Counted from the stretch's first letter, positions 13,128 through 24,776 are shown. The stretch is DNA of 64,000 bases from Octopus sinensis (GCF_006345805.1 NC_042997.1:208196001-208260000), one strand, 5' to 3'. The notes: a model not told the origin generated them from the letters alone. Made by a program: numbers and translations.

Positions 13128-16100
13128 ATGGATTGCATTTATGTTGGTTGTTTGAATGTGCGCGGCCTGGGAGCAGGCTGGAAGCAAGGTCGCTTCCTGC
13201 ATGATATCAGGTCGCGTAATTTAGATGTTATTGTTGCTACAGAAACCCGGTTAGAGGGGCCAAGAGGTCTACTCCCGCTGTTTGACGGCTACGAGAGTTT
13301 TTTCTCTCCTGGCAGTCCTACTGGCAGAAGTGGGGTGTTGGTCCTAATAAAAAGAAACCGGGTTTCTGAGAAAAAGTTAATTTTTGCAGATCCAGAAGGT
13401 AGGCTGGTCGTCATGGATTTGACGTTCAGTAACGGTAAAGTTATCAGACTGGTTGCAATTTACGCACCCAACCATACAGGGCAAAGTGATTATTTTCGTG
13501 AACTAGAAAACTTTCTTGGTACTTCACATTCATTAGTTGTGCTAGGAGACTTTAACACAATTTGCAAAGCGGATGTAGATTGTGTTGGCTCGCGTTCAGA
13601 TAGAAAAGGTAACAGTGGCTTCATGGAACTGCTAAGCCGCTTTGAGCTAGCAGATCCTTATAGGCTGGAATTTCCGAACGCTCCATTGTGGACATGGTCA
13701 AACAGCGATGGATCTTCCAGGTCATATTTAGATAGAATACTAATTAGAAAAGTAGACAGTAAAATAGCTAAGTGTCCACAGTTTTACCCGATCAGCTACA
13801 GTGATCATAAAATGGTCACTTGTAAGCTTGACATAGATAAGGTTAAAAATAGAGGATCCGGTTACTGGAAACTTAATACGTCCCTTTTGGCGATTAAGGA
13901 GTACAAAGACCGGATTAGGAATATAATTCAGAGGGCACTATCTGGTACCATCATTAATAACAAATGGTGGTACGCCCTCAAACGAGCCATCAAGTTTGAG
14001 TCAATTAGATATATCATAGGAGTAGTGGCTAGAGAGGCTAGAAGGGAAACTACTCTAGTTAAGGAATTAGAGGAAGCCTTGAAAACTGGCTCTGCGGCTC
14101 AGGTGGCGTCCAAGAGACTGGTGTTAAACCAGCACTTCGAGGCCAAACACATGGGCTGCATTGTCAGGGCTAGAATCCGCCATATGGGTTGTGAAGGAAT
14201 CAAAGCCGTGAGATGGGCCCGAGTGGTGGAAGCACAGCATGGTAACGATGCCATGATTCGATCTTTGACGAACCAACAAGGTGAGTTGATAAACGAGCCC
14301 GAGGAGATGTGTGAGGCCTTTCAGGAGCACTTCGCTCAGCTTTTCGGTGAGTGCGGCGGACTGGATAGGAGGAGGGCCTTTACGGACCTACTCGACGGGC
14401 TGCCGTGCTTATCGGGGCGAGATGCGGAGGGCTGTGAAGGGCCAATCACGCCTGAGGAAGTGGTTGAGGCAATGGCGGACTGCGGCGCAGGCAAGGCGCC
14501 GGGTTTGGATGGTCTACCCTATGAGTTATATAAGAGTATGCCAGACTTGTTCGGGCACCTACTGGCGGAGGTCTATGCGAACTGGCAGCAGAACGGGCTT
14601 ATACCCAGATCTGTGCGCCGGGGAGTAGTGACACTCGTCAGAAAGGACCCGAGCAAGGGGGAGTGCATTGATAATTTCAGGCCCATCACTCTGCTAAACA
14701 CAGAGTTGAAGATTTTGGCCAAAGTGTTATCGAAAAGATTGGCGCGTGTCGCGGATGGTCTGATCGGGGAGGCACAGACATGTGCCGTTCCGGGCAGAAC
14801 CATTCAGGATAATCTCCATCTAATGCGGTACACTATAGAGGGGTTTAATAGTGATTCTGGCAAGGGTGGGGCACTGGTCCATTTAGACCAATCTAAAGCA
14901 TTTGATAGGGTCGACCATCGGTACCTGGTATCTGCCCTGGCACAGTTCGGGCTGAGCCTTGGCTTCCTCAGGTGGATTATACAAATTTACGATAACATCG
15001 ACTCGGTAGTTCGGGTGAACGGCTTCTTGTCGAAGCCATTCAACATCAAGCGCTCGGTTCGTCAAGGGTGTCCGCTCTCCCCGCTTTTGTACATGATGGC
15101 TCTTGAGCCATTACTGCGAAAACTGAGCGGCATCCCGAGACAGCCAGGTAGTGGAAAATCAGTGTCAGCGTACGCGGATGACATCACCATCATCGTAACC
15201 GAAATGGACCACCTATGTAAAGTAGGCAAGGCCATAGAGGTTTACGAGACGGTGACAGGAGCAAAAGTTAATCGCGAAAAGTCAGTCGGCTTGCAACTCG
15301 GCACCTGGAGAGGCAAGTCGATGCCTCCGGACAGCGTCGTGGGACGTTGGACGGAGGGTCCGATTAAATTGCTAGGGGTCTGGTTCGGTCCAGACCTCCA
15401 AATAGAGAAGAATTGGGGCGAGGTAACGAGCAGGGTGGCTGCAGTAACCAAGACCTGGTCTTGGCGGTGGCTATCCCTGAAAGGGAGGGCGGAGGTGGCC
15501 AATGTGTTTATCGCATCGGTTATCACCTACCGCCTTTCCGTCGTTCCTTGCCCTGATTCGTGGTTGATCAAGTTGGAAAGACAGCTCTTCTACTTTTTGT
15601 GGAAGAGCGGGAAACCACTTGTGAAACGCTCTACTTGCTGTCAACAACCGTTAAAGGGTGGGCTAGGGATGCCTTGGCTGATGATGCGCAGACATGCGCT
15701 GAGGTTAAGACATCTGTGGCTCTACCTGGATGGTGAACGGGTGTGGTCTCCGCTAGCAAAACTGATGTTTCCCAAGTTCACTAGTTTCGGTGGATGGGAA
15801 ACCTGGCTGAATCGTAGATCGAAACTTGGTACTTGGTACACGGAGTGTCGCAAGGCTCTCCTGCTATTCCGTCGCTCGGGTAACGCCTGCGGTGGGGGTT
15901 CCACCACATTCTTCTACAGAGGGTTGCTAGAGGCGGAATGTGAAGATACCTTGGGGGAAACCCTAGGTCTCGACGATAATCAGCTGGCCAGTCTGTTCCG
16001 ACGTACGTTCAAGCCGAAGACACTGGACAACTTCCAGAAGTCTCTGGCATGGCAATGCTACAGAGGAGCTCTACCTGTTCGGGATAAACTCGCAAGGCAC

Positions 16101-16523
16101 GGTGGTCAAGACAGTCCGATATGTCCAAGATGCGGGCGGGATAGGGAAACCGTCCCGCACGCTATTGTTCATTGTAGGGACATGACTGAGGTGTGGGTTT
16201 ATGCCGAACAGCTGTTGTCAAGTACACGAAGAGTACAGCTGTCGACTGAGTCGATTACAAAAATTGACCCACCGGATTTCCTCGCGAATGAAGGTAAGTT
16301 TCGTTTTCTCGTTGTAGTAGCAATTGCGAAAGAGGTGATATGGAAGACGAGAATGAAAGGTCTACAGTCAGACAAGTTCATCTCCGGCCCTGGTTTGATG
16401 AATTATTTCATCTTTCACCTGAAAAGGAAGATAGGGCTGGAGAGAATATGCCTGACTAAGAGAGTGTATGAAGAACGATGGAAAGATGTAGCACGAAAGT
16501 TGCGAGTGAATGATACAACATAA
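13128..16523 (+). CDS. Tx1/L1 ORF2, 1131 aa: apurinic-like endonuclease, reverse transcriptase and C-terminal Zn finger; uninterrupted
   Basis: APE motifs CLNVRGL, ATETR, LGDFNT, SYLDRILI and SDHK. RT motifs KAPGLDG, NFRPITLLN, LDQSKAFDRVDH, VRQGCPLSPLLY and YADD. Zn finger CPRCGRDRETVPHAIVHC. Confidence 0.96.
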   Translation: MDCIYVGCLNVRGLGAGWKQGRFLHDIRSRNLDVIVATETRLEGPRGLLPLFDGYESFFSPGSPTGRSGVLVLIKRNRVSEKKLIFADPEGRLVVMDLTFSNGKVIRLVAIYAPNHTGQSDYFRELENFLGTSHSLVVLGDFNTICKADVDCVGSRSDRKGNSGFMELLSRFELADPYRLEFPNAPLWTWSNSDGSSRSYLDRILIRKVDSKIAKCPQFYPISYSDHKMVTCKLDIDKVKNRGSGYWKLNTSLLAIKEYKDRIRNIIQRALSGTIINNKWWYALKRAIKFESIRYIIGVVAREARRETTLVKELEEALKTGSAAQVASKRLVLNQHFEAKHMGCIVRARIRHMGCEGIKAVRWARVVEAQHGNDAMIRSLTNQQGELINEPEEMCEAFQEHFAQLFGECGGLDRRRAFTDLLDGLPCLSGRDAEGCEGPITPEEVVEAMADCGAGKAPGLDGLPYELYKSMPDLFGHLLAEVYANWQQNGLIPRSVRRGVVTLVRKDPSKGECIDNFRPITLLNTELKILAKVLSKRLARVADGLIGEAQTCAVPGRTIQDNLHLMRYTIEGFNSDSGKGGALVHLDQSKAFDRVDHRYLVSALAQFGLSLGFLRWIIQIYDNIDSVVRVNGFLSKPFNIKRSVRQGCPLSPLLYMMALEPLLRKLSGIPRQPGSGKSVSAYADDITIIVTEMDHLCKVGKAIEVYETVTGAKVNREKSVGLQLGTWRGKSMPPDSVVGRWTEGPIKLLGVWFGPDLQIEKNWGEVTSRVAAVTKTWSWRWLSLKGRAEVANVFIASVITYRLSVVPCPDSWLIKLERQLFYFLWKSGKPLVKRSTCCQQPLKGGLGMPWLMMRRHALRLRHLWLYLDGERVWSPLAKLMFPKFTSFGGWETWLNRRSKLGTWYTECRKALLLFRRSGNACGGGSTTFFYRGLLEAECEDTLGETLGLDDNQLASLFRRTFKPKTLDNFQKSLAWQCYRGALPVRDKLARHGGQDSPICPRCGRDRETVPHAIVHCRDMTEVWVYAEQLLSSTRRVQLSTESITKIDPPDFLANEGKFRFLVVVAIAKEVIWKTRMKGLQSDKFISGPGLMNYFIFHLKRKIGLERICLTKRVYEERWKDVARKLRVNDTT

Positions 16524-16770
16524 ATGTAAAACCAAACGTAACCAAAAGTATCAGTGGGGAGGCGGGGCTCGTGAGGTCCGAACTAAACCCGCACCCACTC
16601 CACCCGTAATGTCTTCCGGTCTGTTCCATCATTCGATTTCTTGCTATTTTTGTAATTCTCTGTAAATTTTTAAAATTCGCTTTTTTGGTAAAACCCATCC
16701 GTGTGTCTGACCCCATCATCAGATTGTATTGTCCCATCTATGCTCGCCCCTTGTGGGTAATAATAAAACA

Positions 16771-17095
16771 ACATGGAGGAAAGCACCTTCGAAAAGTGTC
16801 TTGGTGCGACTATGAAAGGTATCTAATCAGAGGTGGTAAATTCGCCACAATAGAAGCAAGGTTCGAGTCAACGGAGCGTGCAAGGGAGTACTCGACTCGA
16901 ACTTGCAAAGTGGAAATATTTTATTTTTACCTTTATATCTGGGACGTAGGATGTCTCAGAAAAGAATTTAAAATGCCCCCCCCCCCACCCAGAAGTAGAG
17001 GTAGGCTGGATTGTAGCCACACTTCTATACAAGAGGGAGGACAAGATACAATTGATCGAAATTACAAGAGACGGGCTAACAATTCCAGTCTGTTA
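16771..17095 (+). pseudogene. Right piece of the older Tx1-family ORF1
   Basis: With frameshifts it reads MEESTFEKCLGATMK / YLIRGGKFATIEARFESTERAREYST / GRRMSQKRI*NAPP..PEVEVGWIVATL. This aligns with IEEKKIENCLKPLMDK / *INRGKRYGTVEVHFTTEEIAKKLSM / GKRTSRITMNNIPPEADAKCLVAAV. Confidence 0.75.
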
Positions 17096-17260
17096 TATAT
17101 TTTAAGTACTGTTATCGCCAGCGATATCAAGATATAACTTTGTATTTTGTATTTTATGTGATGTATATATATATAGATGTACATGTAATATGTACCATAT
17201 ATATACACATATATACATGAACTAGCACTATGACCCGGCAACGACGGGTCTTTAATGCTA

Positions 17261-17303
<43 letters not shown>

Positions 17304-17309
17304 ATATAT

Positions 17310-17756
17310 CACTTCACTTCTCGACCAATCATACATGTTTTTCTATCTGTTGTTATTTATCTATCTAACTATTGTATCTAATTTCTCCTCTATTAATTCT
17401 GCCCGACCAAGTCTCGCTCTATCATCTATTTTCAACCTTCGCGTATTCGTCTATCGATCTTCGCCATATTTGAAGCCTGTTCCCTTAATACACTTCCGCC
17501 TTGTCCAAAAATTCCTCTTCCGGTCAATTTCTTTACTTAAGGCAGCAACATGTGCTCTCTCATTCATTCACCTAGCAGCTATAATCCCGAGCACAGATAA
17601 GTTTGAATGCTTATTTTCACTTCACTTCTCGACCAATCATACATGTTTTTCTATCTGTTGTTATTTATCTATCTAACTATTGTATCTAATTTCTCCTCTA
17701 TTAATTCTGCCCGACCAAGTCTCGCTCTATCATCTATTTTCAACCTTCGCGTATTC
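17310..17756. repeat. 139-bp direct repeat (17310-17448 and 17618-17756; period 308)
   Basis: cacttcacttctcgaccaatcatacatg…caaccttcgcgtattc occurs twice and appears identical. Confidence 0.9.
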
Positions 17757-18009
17757 ACGGTGCACCCACCCTGCCCACCCCCACCACCAATACCGGATAT
17801 CTCTATATTTCTGCTCCATCTATACCGGATGTTGTTTCTCCCACCACCATTATAGGTGTCTACTCTTCGAACCCCCCTCCTCAATACGCTATTTCACCAT
17901 GCATTACCCTCTTGATATCCTACGTTCTACTTGCCTAAGAACCTGTCATCATTTCTCTGAACCACCCCTCCCCACTGGTGCTCCCCTATATTTCTGCCCC
18001 CCCCCCCCC

Positions 18010-18260
18010 ACATAAAAAGCACCATTCGAACATGGCCGATGCCAGACCCCTCTGGCACCTGTGCAGGTGGCACGTAAAAAACACCCACTACACTCGCGGA
18101 GTGGTTGGCGTTAGGAAGGGCATCCAGCTGTAGAAACACTGCCAGACTAGACTGGAGCCTGGGGCAGTCCCTAGCTCCCCAGACCCTGGTCGAAACCTTC
18201 CAACCCGTGCTAGCGCAGAAAACGGACGTTAAACGATGATGATGATGATGATGATGATAT
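18010..18260 (+). mobile_element. 3' terminal fragment of an RTE-clade LINE
   Basis: gagtggttggcgttaggaagggcatccagctgtagaaac…aaacg(atg)n, the same tail as at 33500-33680 and 36780-36965. Confidence 0.8.
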
Positions 18261-18481
18261 ATATGTTTTCTGTCTGTGTTTGTATACCCACCATCACTTG
18301 ACAACTGATGTTGGTGTGTTTATGTCCCCAAAACTTAGCAGATCAACAAAAGAGACCAATAGAAAAAGTACAAAGATTTCTTTGACTAAAGGTGGTTAAA
18401 TCAAATGACTGAAAGGTGTAAAAGAATAATAGAAAATCCAAGAAATCTTTTTCAGAACAAATCAAACTTGAAGAAACTTAC

Positions 18482-18718
18482 CAATTTCATTTTCGCAATA
18501 CACAAGAAAAGTTCCAGGTTTTCTTCCAGGGAAGACACGTACAATTTCTAATTTCCTGTTCTCTTCCAAAAAATCAGTTAACATTTTTTCCGACATGTCT
18601 TTGGGGCCATTTGACACAATCATTGCATCTTCTTGCCAGACTAGATTTTTATACCAGTCCACTTGAAGTTCATGTTTGCTTACATTATGGACCTTCTTTT
18701 TGACGACATTTTCTGCAT
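18482..18718 (-). CDS. Internal coding exon (237 nt, phase 1-1) of the same RRM-repeat gene, upstream of the 9803-10036 exon
   Basis: Acceptor TTTTCAG| at 18719 and donor G|GTAAGT at 18481. Peptide DAENVVKKKVHNVSKHELQVDWYKNLVWQEDAMIVSNGPKDMSEKMLTDFLEENRKLEIVRVFPGRKPGTFLVYCENEI has an RRM-like pattern and splices in frame to the next exon (…ENEI-D-FENV…). Confidence 0.78.
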
Positions 18719-19449
18719 CTGAAAATCAAAACAGCAGAAGAAATTGAGAAAATGTCATTATTTATGAGTGGAGGGCATGGTTGTGTTGGTGTAGAACCAG
18801 GTCAAAGACATTCCGACCATAAACACCCCCAAGTGTCCTTCCTTGTTTAAGATGTTAGGTGTTACATGAAGAAAATTTAACTGCCTTTTCTAGCAGATCA
18901 AGTCATCACTTAGAGGCCCCTTTGTTTGCTCTATAACCAAGAGGATTGTGAGGTTCCCTGTACAATTAATTGGTTCTAGTTCAATCCCACTGTCCAACAG
19001 CACCTTGAGCAAGTATCTTCTACCGCAGCCTCAAGATGACCAGAGCCTTGCGACTGATATTTGGAAGAGAGAAACAGTGGACATCACAGGATTTGTGTGT
19101 GTGTGAGGTATCGCCAAAAGGCAATACTTGGAGGAGGCAGTACTCAATAAAAAGCTTTATAACTAGCAGACCGTTATGTAAATAGAGAAAGATTCTTCGG
19201 ATTTGAGGTGACCTGTTGTCATTAAACATCAAGGCAACATTCCTGCTGATTAATATAGAATGCAATAATTATGATGATGATGATGATGATAATGATGACG
19301 ATGATGATTTCTTTTATTTGCCACAGGGCGTAAGTGAGGGGCATTACTCGGACATTTAACAATCTGTGTGTGTGGGGGGAGGGTTCACATAAAGGATGAA
19401 GGGAAAGAAAGCACCAATCAATGAACCCCACAGATCCAGGATCACCCTG

Positions 19450-20420
19450 ACCATGAAGGGCACGAGTCCTCACCCCGGTGTTGTTCTCCACTCACCAGGT
19501 GCATGCCTAAAGGAGCTTCATTCACCCTAATCATTCTTACCAGTCAGCCACCTTCCCTCTCCACCCTCACTTTCTTTTCCAAATGGAACTTTAAAACAAA
19601 AAAGGGAAGTGGGTTTAACTGAAGTGGAAGGTGTCTTTCCTTAATTTTTTTTGGCCTCGTCCACAACACAACCCCTTTCTCTCGGGAGAGAAACATCATC
19701 TGCCCTGCTTTGTTAAAGGACAGTGATGGGGTAATCCTCAAAACAGACTCAACTCATAGCCAGATCCTTCCTATATGTGCCAACAGCTGTTCAACATGAC
19801 TCTGCAGATCAGAAATGCTTGGACACTGTACGAGGGCATCTCAGTCAGTCCCATCCATAGAGTTTATGCCAGCGCTGCTCCTCGGTAGCCAGACCAAGAA
19901 TTTCTGGAAACTACCTGTGTTAATTCCTGGCCTGAACGTCCTCCAAAGCAGACCAGATGCTTCATACTGGTCAACGCCTAATGTTTTCCTGAGAATGTCA
20001 TTGCTCTTAGCCAACAATAGATTTCTATATATTGCTAACATGGAACTTCCATGACCACAATACTTGATTGCCAGTGAATGCCAGATGACATTCCAGATGC
20101 CATGACTCTAATCCTGGTCTTCTTTTTCTTGATCCCGGACTGCAGCTTCCACCCATCCCCCCACTTTTTCATGCTAGCATAAGTTAGACGGAGACTTTAA
20201 TTTACAAAGGATTTCACAGAACAATATTCGGAGAGAGGGATCATGTGTTTCTCTATCCATATTTCATGCCTCCATTTCCTGTATCCTAGTTTGGTAGACT
20301 CACTTCTTCCATAACATTCCATTATGGCCCTTTTATCATTCTGAGATCATCTTCTTCTCAACTTTGCAGAGGTATTCGAATAAACGACAAGGTCCACCTG
20401 GATGTACAGTAGGTTGCAAA
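19450..20420 (-). mobile_element. Highly degenerate DIRS-like (YR retrotransposon) RT/RNase H remnant
   Basis: The minus-strand peptide LLLAKSNDILRKT…RPGINTGSFQ… has the spacing of the DIRS RT segment after YLDD (LLLAxS…G..IN..KS). It has many stops and frameshifts. Confidence 0.4.
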
Positions 20421-21143
20421 AAGGCTTTTACTTGGGGATTCAGTGTTGTGATGATAATTTTTGTTTGGCATTTCACTCATAAAGAGGACTGTGGTGTTAC
20501 AACCAAAAGCAACCATCTCTAAGGCAAAAGAGACCTACTTCCCGTTGTCGTAGACCTAACCCAATAAAGGGGTCCTCTCTATCTTCTCTGGTCTCGGCAG
20601 GTACACATTATCATTACTGCTACTATCATGGATCAGTAGCACAGTGTACAACGATATGACAATAACAAGGCTGTCTTCAGCAGCAATAATAATAATGATA
20701 ATAATAATAATAAAGAAATACTGTCTGGATGGTCATTGATTCAAACTGAGACCCTCCACCTTTTGCCCAGTTTTTGTCCTGCAGGGTGATCAAATACAAA
20801 GAAAAACATTCATCTCACAAAGTATCCACTGTGACGTTGCTGGGTTTGTCCCTGATGGCCTGTCTTTCATGGATATTGACCAATTTCTGGCCTACGACCA
20901 TGGCTGCACTGGTGGTGGTGGTGGTGGTGGTGGAGACACAAATAAACAATGCTGAGAGTCAATGAGGAGAAGAACGAAAAAATATGTTTAAGGAAAAAAG
21001 TACAGGGTTCATAAGGTGACCCGAGTACTGCTGACACTGATGAAATGGAGGGGACTGGATGATTATATTGGGGTCAGGGACAAGCGGTGAACTCTGATAC
21101 ATCCACCATACAGAGGGTGTGCCAAGAAATTGCAATATTGTTA

Positions 21144-21200
<57 letters not shown>

Positions 21201-22039
21201 TAAGACAAGACGAAGAGCACGATGCGATAGTAATGGATGTTTTATTGGTTGAATGATATGTCGACAGTAAGTCTATACTTGTTGAGTTTGAAATATTAAA
21301 TTTGAAGTATGAACGAGAGCAACCAGCATCCACACGTTGATGGAATGACATCATCAATCTTTAAGTTTCAATTTTATAACAGGCAAAAAGAAAGAGGTAA
21401 GAAAAAAAAGGAAAGGAAAAAGAAGAATATTTAATCAAACAGTTTTGTATAAATTTGATGATATTCTCCTGTCATCTTATTCATTCCTGCAGGGCATGAT
21501 GTTAATAACCCACAAACATATTTCTCCTCATGCAGGAATTTCAACCGTGTTTCATGGTCTGCTACCACAACAACTCCTTTACAGAATCATCCAGTTAGCT
21601 CAAGACATCATCAGGAAGAACCACATCCAGTTTTGGCCCCTACTCCTCTACTGTTTTGACGTGGTGCCCTCCCCCTTTTGGAGATGTCTTCAGCTCTGTG
21701 CTGAGTGCATGTCTTCTTTCTCCTTCTTTCCTTCTGCTCCCTACCCTCTTCGATGTAGTGTCAACGAGTATCAGCAGGCGACTGCCTGTCTTGTCAAATT
21801 TCCCTTTAAATACCTGCTGCTAGGCTCCAGCAAGTTGTCACGTGACACTGTCTTAACTTTAACTGACCAATGAAGGGCGTGTAGTCTTGGCCCATGCATT
21901 CTTTAAACGAGACCGTCACCTGTCAATCAGCGAAGCTAATTCAGTGTCAGCCTGTCTCACCTAGTGATGTTATTTTCCTGCCGGTATGTTATGATTTTCA
22001 AGCCATTTTTGGTTTTCCTGCTTCAGCCATATATAGAAG

Positions 22040-22850
22040 CTGGCTTTTTCGACTGCCTCCTGTATTCTCCTTATTAGTTTCTCAATTCCAAGCTAGAAAA
22101 TGCAAATCTTCTTTTGAATAGCGTTGTCATTTTCCTTTCAATGAAGCCCCTAGCCCCCACTGCCAGGTGGTAATACTCGACAGTCCATCCCTGTTCTCTG
22201 CATTCTTCGATTAGCTTTTCGTACCTCCTCTCCTTTCGTTTCTCTGCATTGTCGATGTTCTCTTCCCATGACACTGTCAGTTCTAGCAAAATTCCTATTC
22301 TCCATTCTCTGTCCCATAGGACTAAATCTGGTCTTTTTGTCGTTTTTATGAGTGGAAATATTACTAGTCTTCCTAAACCCGTGGCCACCTCCCAGTATCC
22401 CTTCCATTTTACATCTATCTCGTATACTTTACTTATAGGCCTGGTTTTATATCCTTTTCCCTCATTCTGGAAGTATACTTTCCTGCGCTTTTCCACTTTT
22501 GGGTACTCTCCCCTATTGTATCCCTTGATCTTCTCCTTGAGTGCTGCACTTATGACGCCGAGGACTTGATTATGACGCCATGTATACTTTTCTAGTGCTA
22601 GTCTGCAGTTTGACAGAACATGTCTAAACATCACTTTCCCTCCACATCTACACTCATCGGTTGTTTTTACGTTCCACTGCGCTAAGTTTGCCAGTGAGGG
22701 TAGAACGTCGAAAGTAGACTTGATCAGGATGGATGTTCTTGCTTGTTCGACCAAGCCCAAAGTTCCTGCAATGAGATTCTGCAACTGATCACATATTCCT
22801 CCCATCTCAGGCACTGTCCCTGTTGACTGCATTGCACCAAATGTACATTT
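22040..22850 (-). mobile_element. RLE-type non-LTR retrotransposon 3' fragment (HERO/NeSL-like)
   Basis: ORF 22074-22832 has CRCGGK…HVLSNC, YTWRHNQVL, TTKRPDLVLWD, LELTVSWEEN, KERRYEKL and AVGARGF: a CCHC motif plus a PD-(D/E)xK nuclease. Confidence 0.85.
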
Positions 22851-22899
22851 TGCCTTTCTTCTTCCTCCTTTATCACTTCAGCCTCTTTCATCTCTTTTA

Positions 22900-24776
22900 T
22901 ACTGAGAAGTGAAAGTGAAGCAGATTCAGAATATTTTTCAAAAGCTAAATGTTTGGCAAGTTCTGTCCAACTACTCTATTGTGCCCGATGTCATATCTGT
23001 GCCCATTAAGTCTTTCGTTTAATTATTCTGTTGTACAACCAACATAAATCAAGTTGTGTTTCGTGCATTCTGCCACGTACGCCAAATGGGAATCTCCACA
23101 TGTCCCACCGTCTGTAAAAATCATAACATTTCTGATATGATTCCTGACAGAATTCACTTGACCCATATTGTTGCACAATGAACAGGGATTACCTCTCTTG
23201 TGGCTGTTTTTCAAGGTACAGCATGCACATATTCCAATGTACATTTTCTTGGAGTAAGAAGTAGTGGTCAATAATTCTCTTATATTCTTATTCCGTCTAA
23301 AGGTTACAATAGGAGGCCGAGGATGTTATCTGTTTGAAACGAAGACATTTGTTCACCACACACTGGTGACTTCTATGCATCACTTTTGAAAGGCCAGCAA
23401 AATTTCAGTACCGGTTAATCACTAAAGGAATTCAATTGTAATGTGTTTGTTAAAATTATGCATGAAGGTTTGACTATCTTTCCTAAGCTTAGCTATTTCA
23501 TTTGCTATTTCCTTTAATCGTGATTCACTATAACCGCAGTTGACATAACGATGCACAAAAGCATTTGTATGTTTCCAGTAATCCCCTATGTCAGTACAAA
23601 TGCTTAAAGACCGATGATGTCATTCCATCAATGTGTGGATGCTGGTTGTTCTCGTTCATACTTTAAACTTAAATTTCTATAATTCTGAATTTTTATCACT
23701 TCTTATTTTGAACTTGACAAAGACAGGATTACTGTATTGAAAGTGTTCTGCGTAGGATGGTGCAGTGCCTAGTTGTGCTATTTCCTCTACGTTATATATA
23801 CTTGTAAGCCAGGTGTTTTGTTATGTACTTGTCTGAATTTTTTTTTTTATCATAGCTAATGCACCTACTATGATAGGAATTGTTTCTGTTTTTAGACCCC
23901 ATATTCCAGGGCTTTGCATTTTGAAAGTTTCTCCCTTTCTGTTAGAGAAACATTGTCATCCACTGGTACTGATACAGCAATTAGAAAGCATTTTTTTTTC
24001 TTCATGATCTCTGACAACTAAATTCAGCTTATTGGCTTTAATTTCTCTATCTGTGTGTATTGGCATATCCCAGAGTATGGTTGCTTTCTCGTTTTCTGTG
24101 ACCTTTTCTGGTGTGTGCCTATACCATCTTTTTTCTGTTGTTATTCCATAGTGTTGGCAGAGCTTCCAGTATATGTAGGTCCCAACTCTCTTGTGTCTGT
24201 GAATATATTCCATCTCAGTCAGGACTGGGCAGCCAGAGATAATATGATTTATTGTTTCTTGTCCATCTCCACATATTCTGCAGTTACTTGTTATATTTCT
24301 TTTCATTACATGTTTTTGGTAATTTCTGGTGGGGAGGCTTTGGTCTTGTGCTGCAATTAAAAATCCCTCTGTTTCTGCTTTGAGTTCTGAGCTTCTCAAC
24401 CATTGCTGGGATTTTTCTCTGTCTATTTCTTTTGCATTTAGTTTAGCCCAGTATTTGTTATGAAGGGGCTTTTCTTGCCATCGTTTTATCATGATCCGTT
24501 GCTGTTCTAGTTTTAGTTTGGATTTCAGTTGTTTCTTCTTCTTCTTTATAGTTGTCAGGTACTTTGACTTCTTGTTTGTATTTGTCAGCTTTCTTTAAGA
24601 CTGAAAACAGTTTTTAGTTTTGTTCATGCTTTGTGGCTATTTGTATTAGTTTTCCTTGCCTCTGATGTAGACATTTCTATAGTCCTATGGTGGTTATTTT
24701 GTAATAGTTTTCTAGCTGTATAAGGCCTCTACCACCTTCGATACATTGTATATATATATAGCCTTTCTATGTCAGA

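Larger units (their letters stand above)
11542..16784 (+). mobile_element. Near-full-length Tx1/L1-clade non-LTR retrotransposon, antisense within the host intron
   Basis: GC- and CpG-rich island with a 5' UTR, ORF1 (CCHC knuckle), a 9-nt spacer, ORF2 (APE-RT-Zn finger) and a 3' UTR ending …gtgggtaataataaaac. Flanked by acatgg(c/a)ggaaagc at 11542-11555 and 16771-16784, a candidate TSD with one mismatch. Confidence 0.93.

Noticed and set aside
21325-23650. GATGATGtcattcCATCaac in two inverted repeat copies (about 21325-21355 and 23620-23650) as a hammerhead
   Set aside because: Both copies lack the GAAA core.
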